The position numbers and the translations under genes are program-made. 64,000 bases of DNA from Chrysomallon squamiferum (taxonomy: Eukaryota; Animalia; Mollusca), in the NCBI GenBank assembly GCA_012295275.1, contig CM022666.1, forward strand, positions 1,674,001 through 1,738,000, read 5' to 3'. Of the stretch, positions 1-62,767 are shown in pieces. Numbering within the stretch: the first letter of the stretch is position 1; each line of letters opens with the position of its first letter. A model generated the notes under the pieces. It saw only the letters and a program-made list of their open reading frames with translations, searched no databases and was not told the origin of the DNA.

Positions 1-424
1 TATATTTGTTTTGTATATATTAATTTAACATATAACTGTGTTTTCGCGTGGAAAAATTCCTCGAAGAAAACTTGAATTTTGACTTTTAAAAATAAAATTA
101 AAATTAACGTTCATTGACTAGGGTAAGCAAAAGGGAAGTCACTATTGATTTAATGACGGAGTCCATCGCTGTGAAGCAGGCAGCAAACTGTGGGGGGTAA
201 CAAATGCATCCAAAATGTCGACCAACTGAATTCATTCAGAGCAGGTGGACAGTTTATCGCTATGACGACAAACACGTCTGTCATTTGTGAAATGGAGTTT
301 CCGCTTTCTGACGTCACTATTTGGGCTGCAAATCTTCAGTTTTAATCTTTTAAACGGTTCAAGTATTTTTTTTTTACAATAGACGATTTTATGCTTATTA
401 AATGCACAAAGGAAATATTCAAAA

Positions 425-455
<31 letters not shown>

Positions 456-602
456 TAATAATAAAAATGGGGTGTTAAAAAGAAAAAGAAGAAAAAGAAA
501 AGAAATTTAAATGAGGGATATATTTTAAACAGACAACAAGCAATTTTAAATTTATTATACGATCAATAGAAATATTTTAAATTGTCTTTTGGTTAAAACC
601 CC

Positions 603-633
<31 letters not shown>

Positions 634-1538
634 GAAAAAAAACAGCAACAAAAAACAGCAACAAAAACCCCATAAAAAACAAACAAACAAAAGCAACAAC
701 AACAAACAAACAAACAAACAAACAAAAAAAAAAAACGAAATTTAACTGACGATTGAATTTTAAGCAGACTAAGGCGATTTTAAATTATTCAAACGATCAG
801 TGGAAATAGTGTAAACTGTTTTATCGTCAAAATTAGAATTTAAAAACTAATCTAAGGAATATAATTGAAACTGATAGAGGCACACGGCTGTTGATGAAAC
901 TGTTAAGATATCCTTGTTAAAATGATCAAATCGTTAAAGTAAATGTCTGAACCTTTTTCCAGTATATGATTATGCCATCTCTAATTCCTCTCCCAAATAG
1001 TATTATATTTGTTAAAAGATACTAGAAATTCAAAAAAAAAAAAAAAAAATGTTAATTTAAAAAAAAAAAAAAAGTAAAAATACTTATTTCGTTTCATTTG
1101 TTTTTAATTTGTATTTTTCTACATTTGTCCTTTAATGTGATTTAATTATCTGCAGTACTTAATAGCATTAGATACTCAAAACGTACTTAAAAGCCTACAC
1201 GCGCATCTTTACACCACACTCATTGAACAACATAGTAAATTACTATTTCTTCGACACGCTCAAAAGAACTACGTCACAAAAATCCTAATTTGATATCAGT
1301 TAATTAACTGATGGTTGAAAATTTATGAATTTATTATAATCCCCGTTTTAACCGATTCTCGGGTTTTGATTTGCGCATATAAAAACTATTTTTTCTGAAA
1401 TATGTTATCTGACACACACGCACACACACACACGCACGCAATATCTCTATCTTTATATATACAAATTTCTTCTAATTCTATTTCTATGCATTTAAAATAT
1501 GAAACTTCCTGAGCATGTGGCCTGATATATATAAATAT

Positions 1539-1612
<74 letters not shown>

Positions 1613-1890
1613 TGACAGTGTATATATATATTCTTATATTTAAATATCAGCTAAACTTGTTTCTATGTATTTAAACGAGAAAACGTTCCGAGTGCTGGGT
1701 GCACGAAAACGTGAGATTTAAATAGCAACGATCTGAAAATGTAGAATACTGTGGAATTCGATGACGTACTTACGTACGAAAATAACGAAGATGATTATTA
1801 ATTGTTTTGCGCAGGTGCGAAGTAAGTAGAACAGAAAGAATTGATAAAAAAAAAAATAATCATAAATAATAATAATAATAATAACAGAGA

Positions 1891-2088
1891 AATAAATTAA
1901 GCAAAATCGAAAAACAAGGAGAAAGAAATCTGAGATTAAAAAAACTGAAAGTTTAGAGAAAGACTGAAAAAATAAAAAAGAAAGATAAACAGAAGTGGAA
2001 CAAAAAAAATGGATGAAGTAAAAAAGAGAAAAGAAAGAAAGAAGAAAAAATAAAGTAAGAAAATACAGAAAGAAAGAAATTAAAACGA
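1891..2088 (+). repeat. Dispersed A-rich repeat, copy 1 (copy 2 at 56284-56525)
   Basis: Shared CTGAGATTA...AAACTGAAAGTTTAGAGAAAGACTGAAAAAATA...AGATAAACAGAAGTGGAACAAAA. Confidence 0.8.
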
Positions 2089-2530
2089 AATAAAAAGAAA
2101 AAAGGTAAGGAAAAAAGCAAATAAGAAAGAATACAGAAACATCAAAGAAAGAACATATTGCATGGAATAAAAAAATAAAGAAAAAAAATTACATAGCAGA
2201 TGCTTTAAAGTCCTTGGTTCGATTCTGTAAGCTAGCAACAGAAAAATCATAAAAATAATAAAAAAAAACAAATATCGGAAAAACAGTTAACAAATAACAG
2301 TTATGAATTTTTTTTTTTTTTCCAATCTGTTTATTTAATTTTAATTTTTTTTTTGTTACTTTAGAGATTGCTTCGTGAAATATCTGGAAAAAGTGAATAT
2401 AATAAATTTTCAGTAAGTATTGAAAATAAAATTTCACAAAAAAACAACGAAAAATGGATAAATGGATGCAATGCCATATATATCAATTTTTTAATGTAAA
2501 GATGTAAATAAATGCTTTTGTGGTGTGTCT

Positions 2531-2806
<276 letters not shown>

Positions 2807-3033
2807 TTTAAAAAAATGATAGAAGTTTCTAGAACTGTTAGAGAAAGTGAAGATCTTTGGTACAAATATAAATAGAGGATAACTGTAATATAAATAAATA
2901 AAAAAAAAATTTTAAAGATCTTGTTGTCATAGTTCCACTTCTGAAATTAGATTCAGTTTGTCTCTCCTTTTCCGTCGTTTTCTTTTTTCTCTGTTTCTAT
3001 TTTTTCCTTATCTCTCTTTCATTTTCTCCTCTC

Positions 3034-3129
<96 letters not shown>

Positions 3130-3369
3130 CTATCTCCCTGTTTTCGTTTTCTCTCTTTCTTTCTCTTGTCCTTCCTCTCTCAATCCATTTCCCTATCTCT
3201 TTTAAAATGTTCAGTCTTTCTCTTTCTTTCTGTATTTATTTCTCTCTGTCTGTCTTTCTCTCCTTCTCTCCCTCCCTCCCTCCATCCATCCATCTCTCTT
3301 TCTTCTTTCTTCCTCTCTGTCCATATATCTATTTTTTATTTCGTCTCTGTTTGCGTATCTCTTTTCTCT

Positions 3370-6986
<3,617 letters not shown>

Positions 6987-7004
6987 TTTTAATTACTTGT
7001 TTTT

Positions 7005-7048
<44 letters not shown>

Positions 7049-7052
7049 TTCA

Positions 7053-7083
<31 letters not shown>

Positions 7084-7512
7084 TATTATTATTACTACTA
7101 CTATTACTATTACTACTGCTACTACTACTATTTTAACACGTCAGACATTGTATCTTAGTTCACACACGAATGTATGTAAATGTCAGCTTATTGTTGTTGT
7201 TGTTGTTGTTGTTTTTTACTATCGCAATCGCATTCATCACTATCATTACATTTTGATTCCAGTTTAATAAAAAAAAAAAATAATAACGTAATTTACAAAG
7301 ACATCATCATTACTACTACTACTGCTGGTGCTACTGTTACAACTACTATTATCATTATTTCAGTTGTTCAAATCATCACCTCCTCAAAATGTACTGTTCC
7401 ACCCACCCACCGCCCCTTTCCCTTACCCCCCCCATTTTAAACGGTGCAATAAATCTCAAACAAACTCTATTGTTAGCTTGTAGTACACAATTAAGGTAGA
7501 TTGTTACTTAAT

Positions 7513-7710
7513 TAGGGACGGGTCCAGACATATTATCGGGGTGGGGAGGGGGAGGGGGAGGTTTGATGCCGAATTTGTTGCGATATATCTATTAATAGTT
7601 TCATGTTATTACTGTAATTTAGCCTGGAAGCCAGAACAAGGGGGAGGAGCGGGATAAGATCCTGACGCGCACCCCACCCCCTCCCGCCCCCCCAAACGGA
7701 TCCGTCCCTG
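7513..7710. mobile_element. MITE-like element (~200 bp) with terminal inverted repeats
   Basis: TAGGGACGGGTCC at the left end; GGATCCGTCCCTG at the right end (reverse complement CAGGGACGGATCC); G-rich left and C-rich right subterminal tracts; no clean TSD. Confidence 0.55.
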
Positions 7711-7902
7711 CATTAGGCTCTTAATGAAATGTATTTGGCTTTCATTGCCAGAGAAACGTTACGGGACTTCGGGTTGAACGCGTGAAGTTTGGAGACTGAA
7801 GCGAACGGTAAAATTTGTTAACAGTATTTGTGAGAAAGCTTTATTTCTTGTTGTGTAAATGTATGTGTTTTTTATTTATTTATTTATTTATTTATTGCTT
7901 GT

Positions 7903-7937
<35 letters not shown>

Positions 7938-8209
7938 TTGCTTGTTTATTTATTTATTTATTTATTTATATTATTTATTTATTGCTTGTTTATTTATTTA
8001 TTTATTTAGTTATCTATTCGTTCGTTTGTTTTCTTGTTATATTTTTTTATTTCAGTTTGTTTGTTTTTATTTATTTATTTTATTTTATATTTAGTATTTG
8101 AATTTTATTTTTGCTTACGTTTTTGCATTATTTATAATCGATATATCATTTCTGTAATTAATATTAATTAAAAAAAAAATTAAAGAAATGATGACAATGA
8201 TGATGCATA

Positions 8210-8267
<58 letters not shown>

Positions 8268-8749
8268 ATCTGTATTTACAAATCATGGTCTGAGATATAG
8301 ATAAAACATTTATAAATTAAAACATACTTCGAACTAATATATTAAAACTGCAGTTTACTTAAATCCTTAACTTTTAATATTAACACAACTTATATAAAAA
8401 TATTTTAAAAATATATATATTTTTATAGCAATACAACATGCTTCACTATTAATATATATAAAAACAAGATTAACATCACACTTTCGTAAATAATATATAA
8501 TCGATTCCGATGAAATCGTTATCACAAATCGGACCGTTTTAAAGCGCCTTTATATTTCGGTCATAAACTATTAAAGCTGTCACGAAATGCGAACACTTTA
8601 TACGTGCGATAACCCACGATAACCCACGATAAATAACGAACATAGGCGAAAGACAGGCCCAGACACACCCGTAAACACACACACACACACACGCTGGTAA
8701 AAAAACTCGCAAGGAAACGCAGAACTTTTGCACACGGAAACGATTTTAA

Positions 8750-9047
8750 CATTCGTCTCGAGTTTATCGGATTTTCGGAGCTTTGCAGAGCAGAACCTAG
8801 GGGCTTTTTCTTCTTTTTTTGTGTTTAGTTTTGAGGTTAAACTCGTTAGTGACTTGTTCCTTCTTAAAAAATAGCTTCGACAAAGCTGTACCCTACTTAT
8901 TGCAGTTCTGCTCTATTCATGAGCATTTGTGAAAGAAATCAGCGGCGGGTCGTTCAAGATTTACTGGGGGAGGGTTGTCCGAAAATGTGAATTTGCTACG
9001 GAATTAGTCAGACTGCTTCAGAATTCAAAAAAAAAACGAGGTGTCAG
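8750..9047 (+). promoter_or_regulatory. Candidate non-coding first exon or promoter region
   Basis: Non-repetitive, CpG-containing stretch ending in a strong CAG|GTGAGG donor at 9047; start coordinate approximate. Confidence 0.3.
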
Positions 9048-9421
9048 GTGAGGCGTGCTGTTGTCACGTTAATCTGGGCGCGCCAGGAAAAAAAGGTTAT
9101 TTGAGGCTTATCTCTTTTGTGTTTTGGAAATTACCACGTTAAAACAGATCGTCCTGTATGTGCGTGTGCGTGTGCGTGTGTGTGTGTGTGTGTGCATAGT
9201 GTCAAAAAGCTTCTTGAGAGATTAACATTTATGAATTTCACGATTTGTAGGTTTTCAAACGTGTTGTCTGCAGTGGATACATTCTGTCAATTAGTGGAAA
9301 CGAAAATTCGTAGATTATAATAAATAAATAAATAAATCAAATAACAAATAATAATAATAAAATACCAAACAGGACTACACTCGAACAAACAATATAAGAG
9401 TATGTGTATAAACTTCGACGG

Positions 9422-9465
<44 letters not shown>

Positions 9466-9654
9466 GTATACCTGGCAAATAGGCCAGAGATAAAAAAAAA
9501 AAAAAACTGCCTGTTCAATGAACCGTATCGGGGTGGTAACTTTTGTTAAAAATAAACGGCAAAGATACGAGATGCGGGACAGTGACAGAGAGACTATGTA
9601 GTTGAGGTGAAAAACCACAACACGGTGACTGTTTGTCTGACAAGAGTCTAAATC

Positions 9655-42620
<32,966 letters not shown>

Positions 42621-43674
42621 TTTGACTGTTACAGAACTGTGACCCGTTTCACAAACTTAACCATCGACGATTACACAAACGTAATAATTGTTTTGGTGTG
42701 GGTTTTTTAACGATGAAATACGCAAGAACTGTTTCATACGTTTAGAAAGAAAAGAATATATTAACAGTGGCAGACAGATGCTGGTAATTTTACCATCAAA
42801 GAAACATTCGATAACGTTAATATTTTCACTTTGTGGCCTCTGTATTCCAAATACTCGAGTTGTTGTAGCTGTAATTCAGTGAAGAAAATATTGATGTTAC
42901 TAACCACTGCTGAACAACAAAAACACTTGAGTGTATCAGAATTATCGACATTTTATAATATTTGTTCTGAGCACCACTGCATAAATACAAGGAACCATTG
43001 TCTTGGGAAGTATTCCAAGAGGTTTTTATGCTAAAATTGTATAAAAAAAAAAACAAAAAAACTGTAATATCTTCAGACAGCACCAGTGAATGAGTGTAAG
43101 ACACAACTATGGAATAATAGTAGTCTTTGATATATCCTCCTAAAGAATTTTTGATGTTCTTTAAAAAAATATATATATATATATATATCTACATGCATAT
43201 GTACATATATAAGTAATATGTACATATATACACGCATGCAGGCACACACACATACATACATACATATACATAACTGTACATTGATATCCTTCTTTGACTA
43301 AAGTACCTATTGTATATAAATATATGTAAAAAGAAGAAAGAAAAGGGGGCTGACAGAGATACAGTGTGAAAAAGAAATATTGTTATCACAAAACACAACT
43401 ATAAACATCAAAACAAATAAATATTCAACAACTCTTACAAACACATCTTAGTACTATTTCAGATCACAGGTTCTTGAATTTTTATTTTTCAGCACTCATT
43501 TCAAAGAATTTTAAATTGTGATCCCTCTAGGTAAAATATTGCACCAGTGATAAAACTGCTCTAAATTATGTAGTGTAGTTTTAAGCATTTATATGTTACA
43601 AGCACATAGCTTTTATTTTTATTCTGTTCTGTGTTACAAGGACATGCTGTCAAGGAGTAAACTATGACTGCATT

Positions 43675-43718
<44 letters not shown>

Positions 43719-43725
43719 GATAATG

Positions 43726-43768
<43 letters not shown>

Positions 43769-44042
43769 TAATAATGAAAATGAAAATAATAATAATGATG
43801 ATGATGAAAATGATATTAATGAAAATAATAATGATAATGATAATAATGAAAATGATGATGATAATGATAATAATAATAATAATAATAAAATGATAATGAT
43901 GATAATATGAAAATAAGCAGCTGCAGCCATTTCTGGGGTTACTCCTACTCAGAGCAGAAATGTATCTTGAAATACCTGCTCCCTTTGTTTTCTCATTTCT
44001 TTATATGATAATTTTATAATTCTTAATTTATTTATTTTATTA

Positions 44043-44091
<49 letters not shown>

Positions 44092-45457
44092 TTCTTAAAT
44101 CATACAAAAGCAGATATTGAGAAAAAAAAATATGAAAATAATAAACTAGTAGATATTAAATTTTAAATTTTTAAATAATTTATTATATAATCCTTCAGTT
44201 ATATTTCATTTTCCATATCATTCTCAGTTTACTGAAAAAGGTTCTTAATGTTTAGATGCTTGCATATTCAGATCTGAGTTTTTCTGTGTATAAATATCTT
44301 TGTATTATCTGCTGTTAAATTCTGTGAGAATTATTATTTACTTTTAAAAACAAATGTGTGTTTGTTTATATATCTCTGTTTTTATAATGTATTATTTTGG
44401 CTCCATGTTTTGTATATTATTTTGATCTGTTGCCCTGCTTTTGATCTGATTTGAATTTTCCATGTTGCTGTGTTATTACATTTTGTAAATCAGTTCTCCC
44501 AGATTAATGCTTCAAAATCTGTGTATATGTATGTATGTATTATGCATGTATCTAGCTATTTATATATGTAGGTATGTATGTATATTTCTTTGCCTTTGTT
44601 TTTCACTTCTTTTTCTTATCATCTCTCACTTTCTCTTAACACACACAATTCAATTTGTCAAAATAGTACAACGCAAAATATAATTATTCATCATTTAATA
44701 AAATGGTCATCTATACAACATTTTCATGTATTTTATGATGACAATGATGTAATAATCAGATTTTATTTTATATTTTATATTCTTAATACAAAACATTTTA
44801 AAAAATGCTTCTAAAAATTTTTACATATATTTTTTACAATTCTTTATGCATTATTTTTGCAGATAAAAGAATTTTATGCATTAATAAATTGATTTATAAA
44901 TTAAAATAATGTATTTGGACTTTTTGCTCTCTCGCTCTCTCTCTCTCTCTTTCTCTCTCTGTCTCTCTCATTATTGGTGAAAAACACAACAAATACCAAA
45001 TGCATTTTATATAATATATTCTATATTATGCTATATCTGGAATAAATTTGATTAACTTATACAAACACTTCTTCGTATAAATATTATCTGAGTCTGTATA
45101 TTTATCTTCTGTGCCTTCATCAGCAAAATCTCTGTATATGTGTACATAAGTACAAATGTCTGTGAGTTTGAGTGTGTGTGTGTGTGTGTGTGTGTGCACA
45201 AATCATCAAACTATGACTTGTAATATTTTTGGCTCGATTAAAGGATAAGGACTAAAGTTAAACACACACACACACACACACAGACATATTGTAAAAATAT
45301 ACATATATCTATACATACACACATACATTAATATATATACACATACATATATGTATGTATATATTTATGTAAGTGAAGCATAAATAATTAACATCAGATT
45401 TGCAGAAATCATTTGATCAAATTCAGAAATAAACTAATTACATAATCCTCTCTCTCT

Positions 45458-45657
45458 NNNNNNNNNNNNNNNNNNNNNNNNNNNNNNNNNNNNNNNNNNN
45501 NNNNNNNNNNNNNNNNNNNNNNNNNNNNNNNNNNNNNNNNNNNNNNNNNNNNNNNNNNNNNNNNNNNNNNNNNNNNNNNNNNNNNNNNNNNNNNNNNNNN
45601 NNNNNNNNNNNNNNNNNNNNNNNNNNNNNNNNNNNNNNNNNNNNNNNNNNNNNNNNN
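45458..45657. other. Assembly gap (exactly 200 N)
   Basis: Run of N; the round size suggests a scaffolding placeholder of unknown true length. Confidence 0.98.
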
Positions 45658-58345
<12,688 letters not shown>

Positions 58346-59342
58346 CTGGTAATATATACAAAAATATATAAAAAATATATAAAAAATATATATATATATA
58401 TATATATATGTATTTATATCTACACAGATGTCTATTTTTTGTTGACATAGCAACTCAAATACATTTAGAAGTAAATGGCTAATAAATGATGATCAACAAC
58501 AAAAAATATAAGAAGAAGAAGAAGAAGAAGATAAATAAAACCCAAAGAAAAATACATTTCCCGTATAAAATTATTTGCCATTTCGTTTTGACAAAGTCTG
58601 AATACATTTACAACAAAACATGATCAAAACAATTATAAAGCAAAATGAAAGCAAATAGAACTGAAGATGAAACAAAAACAAAAACATTTTAGTTTAGTTT
58701 TTGTAAGTATTCATGCATTACAAAAACAGTGAAGGCAAATAACAGCAGACAGATTATTTGACGTGGTTGTTGTCTTGTAAATAATATAAATATGATCTGT
58801 CTTGTAAACTGAAAAATTAAAAAAATGGAATAACCCTAAAATAAGATTATATGTCTAATTGAACTAATAATAATGTCAGTGACAGAGTATATATATATAT
58901 TTTTATTTTATTATTATTTTTTTTTTTTACTTCTGCTTGTTATAAAAAAATTAACTAATCCCTCAAGAGGCGGTGGGTTGTTTTCTGATAAAATCAGAAT
59001 CGGGGGGATTAAGTATTCAGTTGTGTGTATGTGCGTGCGTGCGTGTGTGTATGTCTGTGTCTTCATAAATTTATTTTATTAAATTGTGTACATGATGTTA
59101 ACTTGGTAGTTAATTCTTTCTGAAAAAAAAACGACACAAACACTAAACTGAGTGAACAAAACACTACAAACGGTCAGGAGGACAAGCGAATGAAAATGAA
59201 GGTAAAATGAATGAATGAAAGAGTATTAAGAGATAGACAGAAAGACAGAGAGAGAGAACGAAAGAAAGACACATAAAATACACTGTATATTTTATTATTG
59301 CAGAAAACCCATAGAATCTAAACGCATGGATGTAAACCTATA

Positions 59343-59383
<41 letters not shown>

Positions 59384-60539
59384 AATAAAATAAATAAATA
59401 AAATAAAAAATAAATAAATAAATAAATAAATAAATAAAATAAAATAAAATAAAATAAAATAAATAAAATAAAAAATAAATAAATAAAATAATAAACAATT
59501 AATAAAAACAAATAAATAAATAAATAAATAAATAAATAAAAAATAAACAATTAATAAAAACAAACAAATAAATAAATAAATAAATAAATAAAATATTTCA
59601 GACACATTGTTAGAGTGATTACGTCAAATGATGTTGAAGAAAGAAAGAGAAAATGAATTTGATTATAAACTAAAGACAGACAAACAAACAGAAGTGAGTA
59701 CAGATTATATTACCATATAAACAGCTAGACAGATAGATAGTCTGTGGAACAAGGTAGATGTACAAATGTACAAATTAAAAAAGAGAAAGAAATCAATCTA
59801 CGAGCTTTCAAACATTTATCGGCAGCTTTTGACTGCGCGCTTAAAACTCCCAGTACGCTTTGCGGCTGCAGTTAGGTTTTACACACACACACACACGCAC
59901 ACGTACACGTACACGCGCGCACACACACACACACACACAAAGAAAAAAGAACGAACGAATAATGGAAAAGAAAATTAAAACGTATAGCAATAATATAAAA
60001 TAAATAAATAATACTTGTGTGTGTGTGTGTTTGAAAGAATAAGGTTATATTGTTAGGGTATTTTTTCAAGGATGTTGAGATGTATTCATGCATTCACACC
60101 TATTATTCATAACAAAAACATCGGACATTTTTTTATATCAACATCTTTGAAAAAAAAAATGCCTAACAATAACCACGTTATTCTTTCAAACCGGCAACCT
60201 GCAGCTTAAAGTACAAAATTTTATATCGGAAAATATAAATCACCTTTTTCCCCTTTCATTCCCTTTTCTAGCGATTTTCTTTAAATTTTCCTTTCTTTTC
60301 TTTTTTTAATCGACACAATTATTCCACGCCGTCTGCGTGTGTAATTAATTTCGTTACGTTTTCGTCTGCGACCCAGGCCAGATCACGTGATTCGTTATGT
60401 CAACAACAATCTAATGGCGAAACGTTGTCAAGGGATATGACAGTATCGATTTTTTTTTGTTCTGCGGTTTTGGGTTTATGAAAGTGTGTATAAGTTGTAT
60501 AAGATGTTGAGTGTCATATCTTGTAAAGGTTTGTGTGGA

Positions 60540-60624
<85 letters not shown>

Positions 60625-61163
60625 TATTATAATTATATTATTATTATTATATTATTATCATTATTATTATTATATTTATTATTACTGTATTATTATTATT
60701 ATTATATTTATTATTATACTATTACTATTATTATTATTTTAAAAAATAAAGCTTTGTTAATTTGTATTAATATAAGTTATTTTTTATAACAACATCAATG
60801 AGAATTATATTATTATCAACAGCATTAATAACAACAACAACAACAACAATAATAACCACAATGATAATGGTAATGCTAATGACAATAACAACAACAACAA
60901 CAGCATCTACCTATAAATGTAATATTATTGACTTCAATTCCTTCATAAATAATAATTATGACGATACTACTATTACCACTACCACCACTACCACTACCAC
61001 TACCACTACTACAACTACTACTACTAATAATAATAACAGTAACAATAACCTTTGCCAAAAAAAAAATAATGATGTTTTTAATCGTTACAATTCATAAGGG
61101 TATCTGAGTTAAAAGATATAATATTTCGAGCAAGCTTTCATTAAGATTTCTCTAACATCAATA

Positions 61164-61168
<5 letters not shown>

Positions 61169-61257
<89 letters not shown>

Positions 61258-61625
61258 TAAATACAACCTATTTTTTTCATATTCTAGATATCCTGTCTTG
61301 GTCACGGACTTCACAGAATTCTCGACGCTATTTCCGAATGCGAACAACGAATCAAAGAGATGGGCCTGAAGGAAAGCAGCGCCCTCTGGCGGCTGTATTT
61401 CCGGAAGGAGTACTTCACGCCTTGGCATGACGCCAAACTCGATCCCGCTGGGACTGATATAATTTATCAGCAGATCATGCGTGGAATATCACTCGGCGAA
61501 TACAAATGTCAAAATGTAGTTGGTAACAACAACAACATCAACAACATCAACATCAACATCAACATCAACAACAACATCAACATCATCAACAACAACATCA
61601 ACATCAACAACAACAACATCAACAT

Positions 61626-61657
<32 letters not shown>

Positions 61658-61775
61658 TCAACAACAACATCAACATCAACAACAACAACATCAACATCAA
61701 CATCAACATCAACAACAACAACAATAATAGTAGTAGTAGTAGTAGTAATAGTAGTAGTAGTAGTAGTAATAGTAC

Positions 61776-61807
<32 letters not shown>

Positions 61808-62036
61808 ATAAAATACAAATAACTGAATAAATTAATAACACTTACGAATTAGCAAGAAGTGCTCATTCATGAAAACTTTCCCATAGACAGGTAAACAAAT
61901 CTTGCGGACTTAGAGGCATGTTCAATTCATTTCCATAGCAAATCATTAAATATGTTTATTTTATTTTATTTTATATTATTTTATTTAAATATAGTATTTA
62001 TTTATGTTATTATTATTATTATCATCATCATCATCA

Positions 62037-62071
<35 letters not shown>

Positions 62072-62092
62072 TAAAATTATTCATCTTATTTA

Positions 62093-62124
<32 letters not shown>

Positions 62125-62694
62125 TTTACAGGAAGACATATACATTCTGCTAGCTGCACAGAAGTATTACCTGGAAAATTCAGACAACATCGAGGAAATC
62201 AAAATAGACTTTCTCGTCAAGAACTGGTTCCCCAAAATCTGGCTCGAAGAAAACGGATCGGGATATTTCGTCGAGAAGGTCGTTGACGCCATTAAGCAGA
62301 ACTTTTCCGGAAAGGACCGGAACGACACGACAATCAAGTCGGACATCGTCACGTTTGCGCTGGACAAATGGGCTCTGCTCTTTTCCAGGTACTACGACGC
62401 CTCGAAGGTCCATAAAATAAGCAAAACTGTTATTAAACTGTGATTAAACATTAATGTGTATGCAAACGTGTGCATGTATGTGTGCTGTTTTTGTCTCTCT
62501 CTGTCTCTCTCTCTCTTTCGATATATATGTGTGTGTGTGAGTGTGTGTGTGTGTGCATGTGTGCAGATAGATAGAAAGATAGATAGATGGATAGATAGAT
62601 AGACAGATAAACAGACAGACCGATAAATAGATAGATAGATAGATAGATAGATGGATAGATAGATAGACAGATAAACAGACAGACAGACAGATAA

Positions 62695-62767
<73 letters not shown>

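Noticed and set aside
309-316. TGACGTCA (CRE) palindromes here and at several other sites
   Set aside because: Scattered through introns, exons and repeats with no promoter clustering that I can establish.
42621-45457. Search for the remaining filamin 3' exons left of the gap
   Set aside because: No filamin-like coding sequence found; they presumably lie in the gap. Several AATAAA signals are present but none can be assigned.
59295-59340. Exon-like stretch on the - strand upstream of the filamin exon
   Set aside because: No CH-domain similarity in any frame and no convincing donor.
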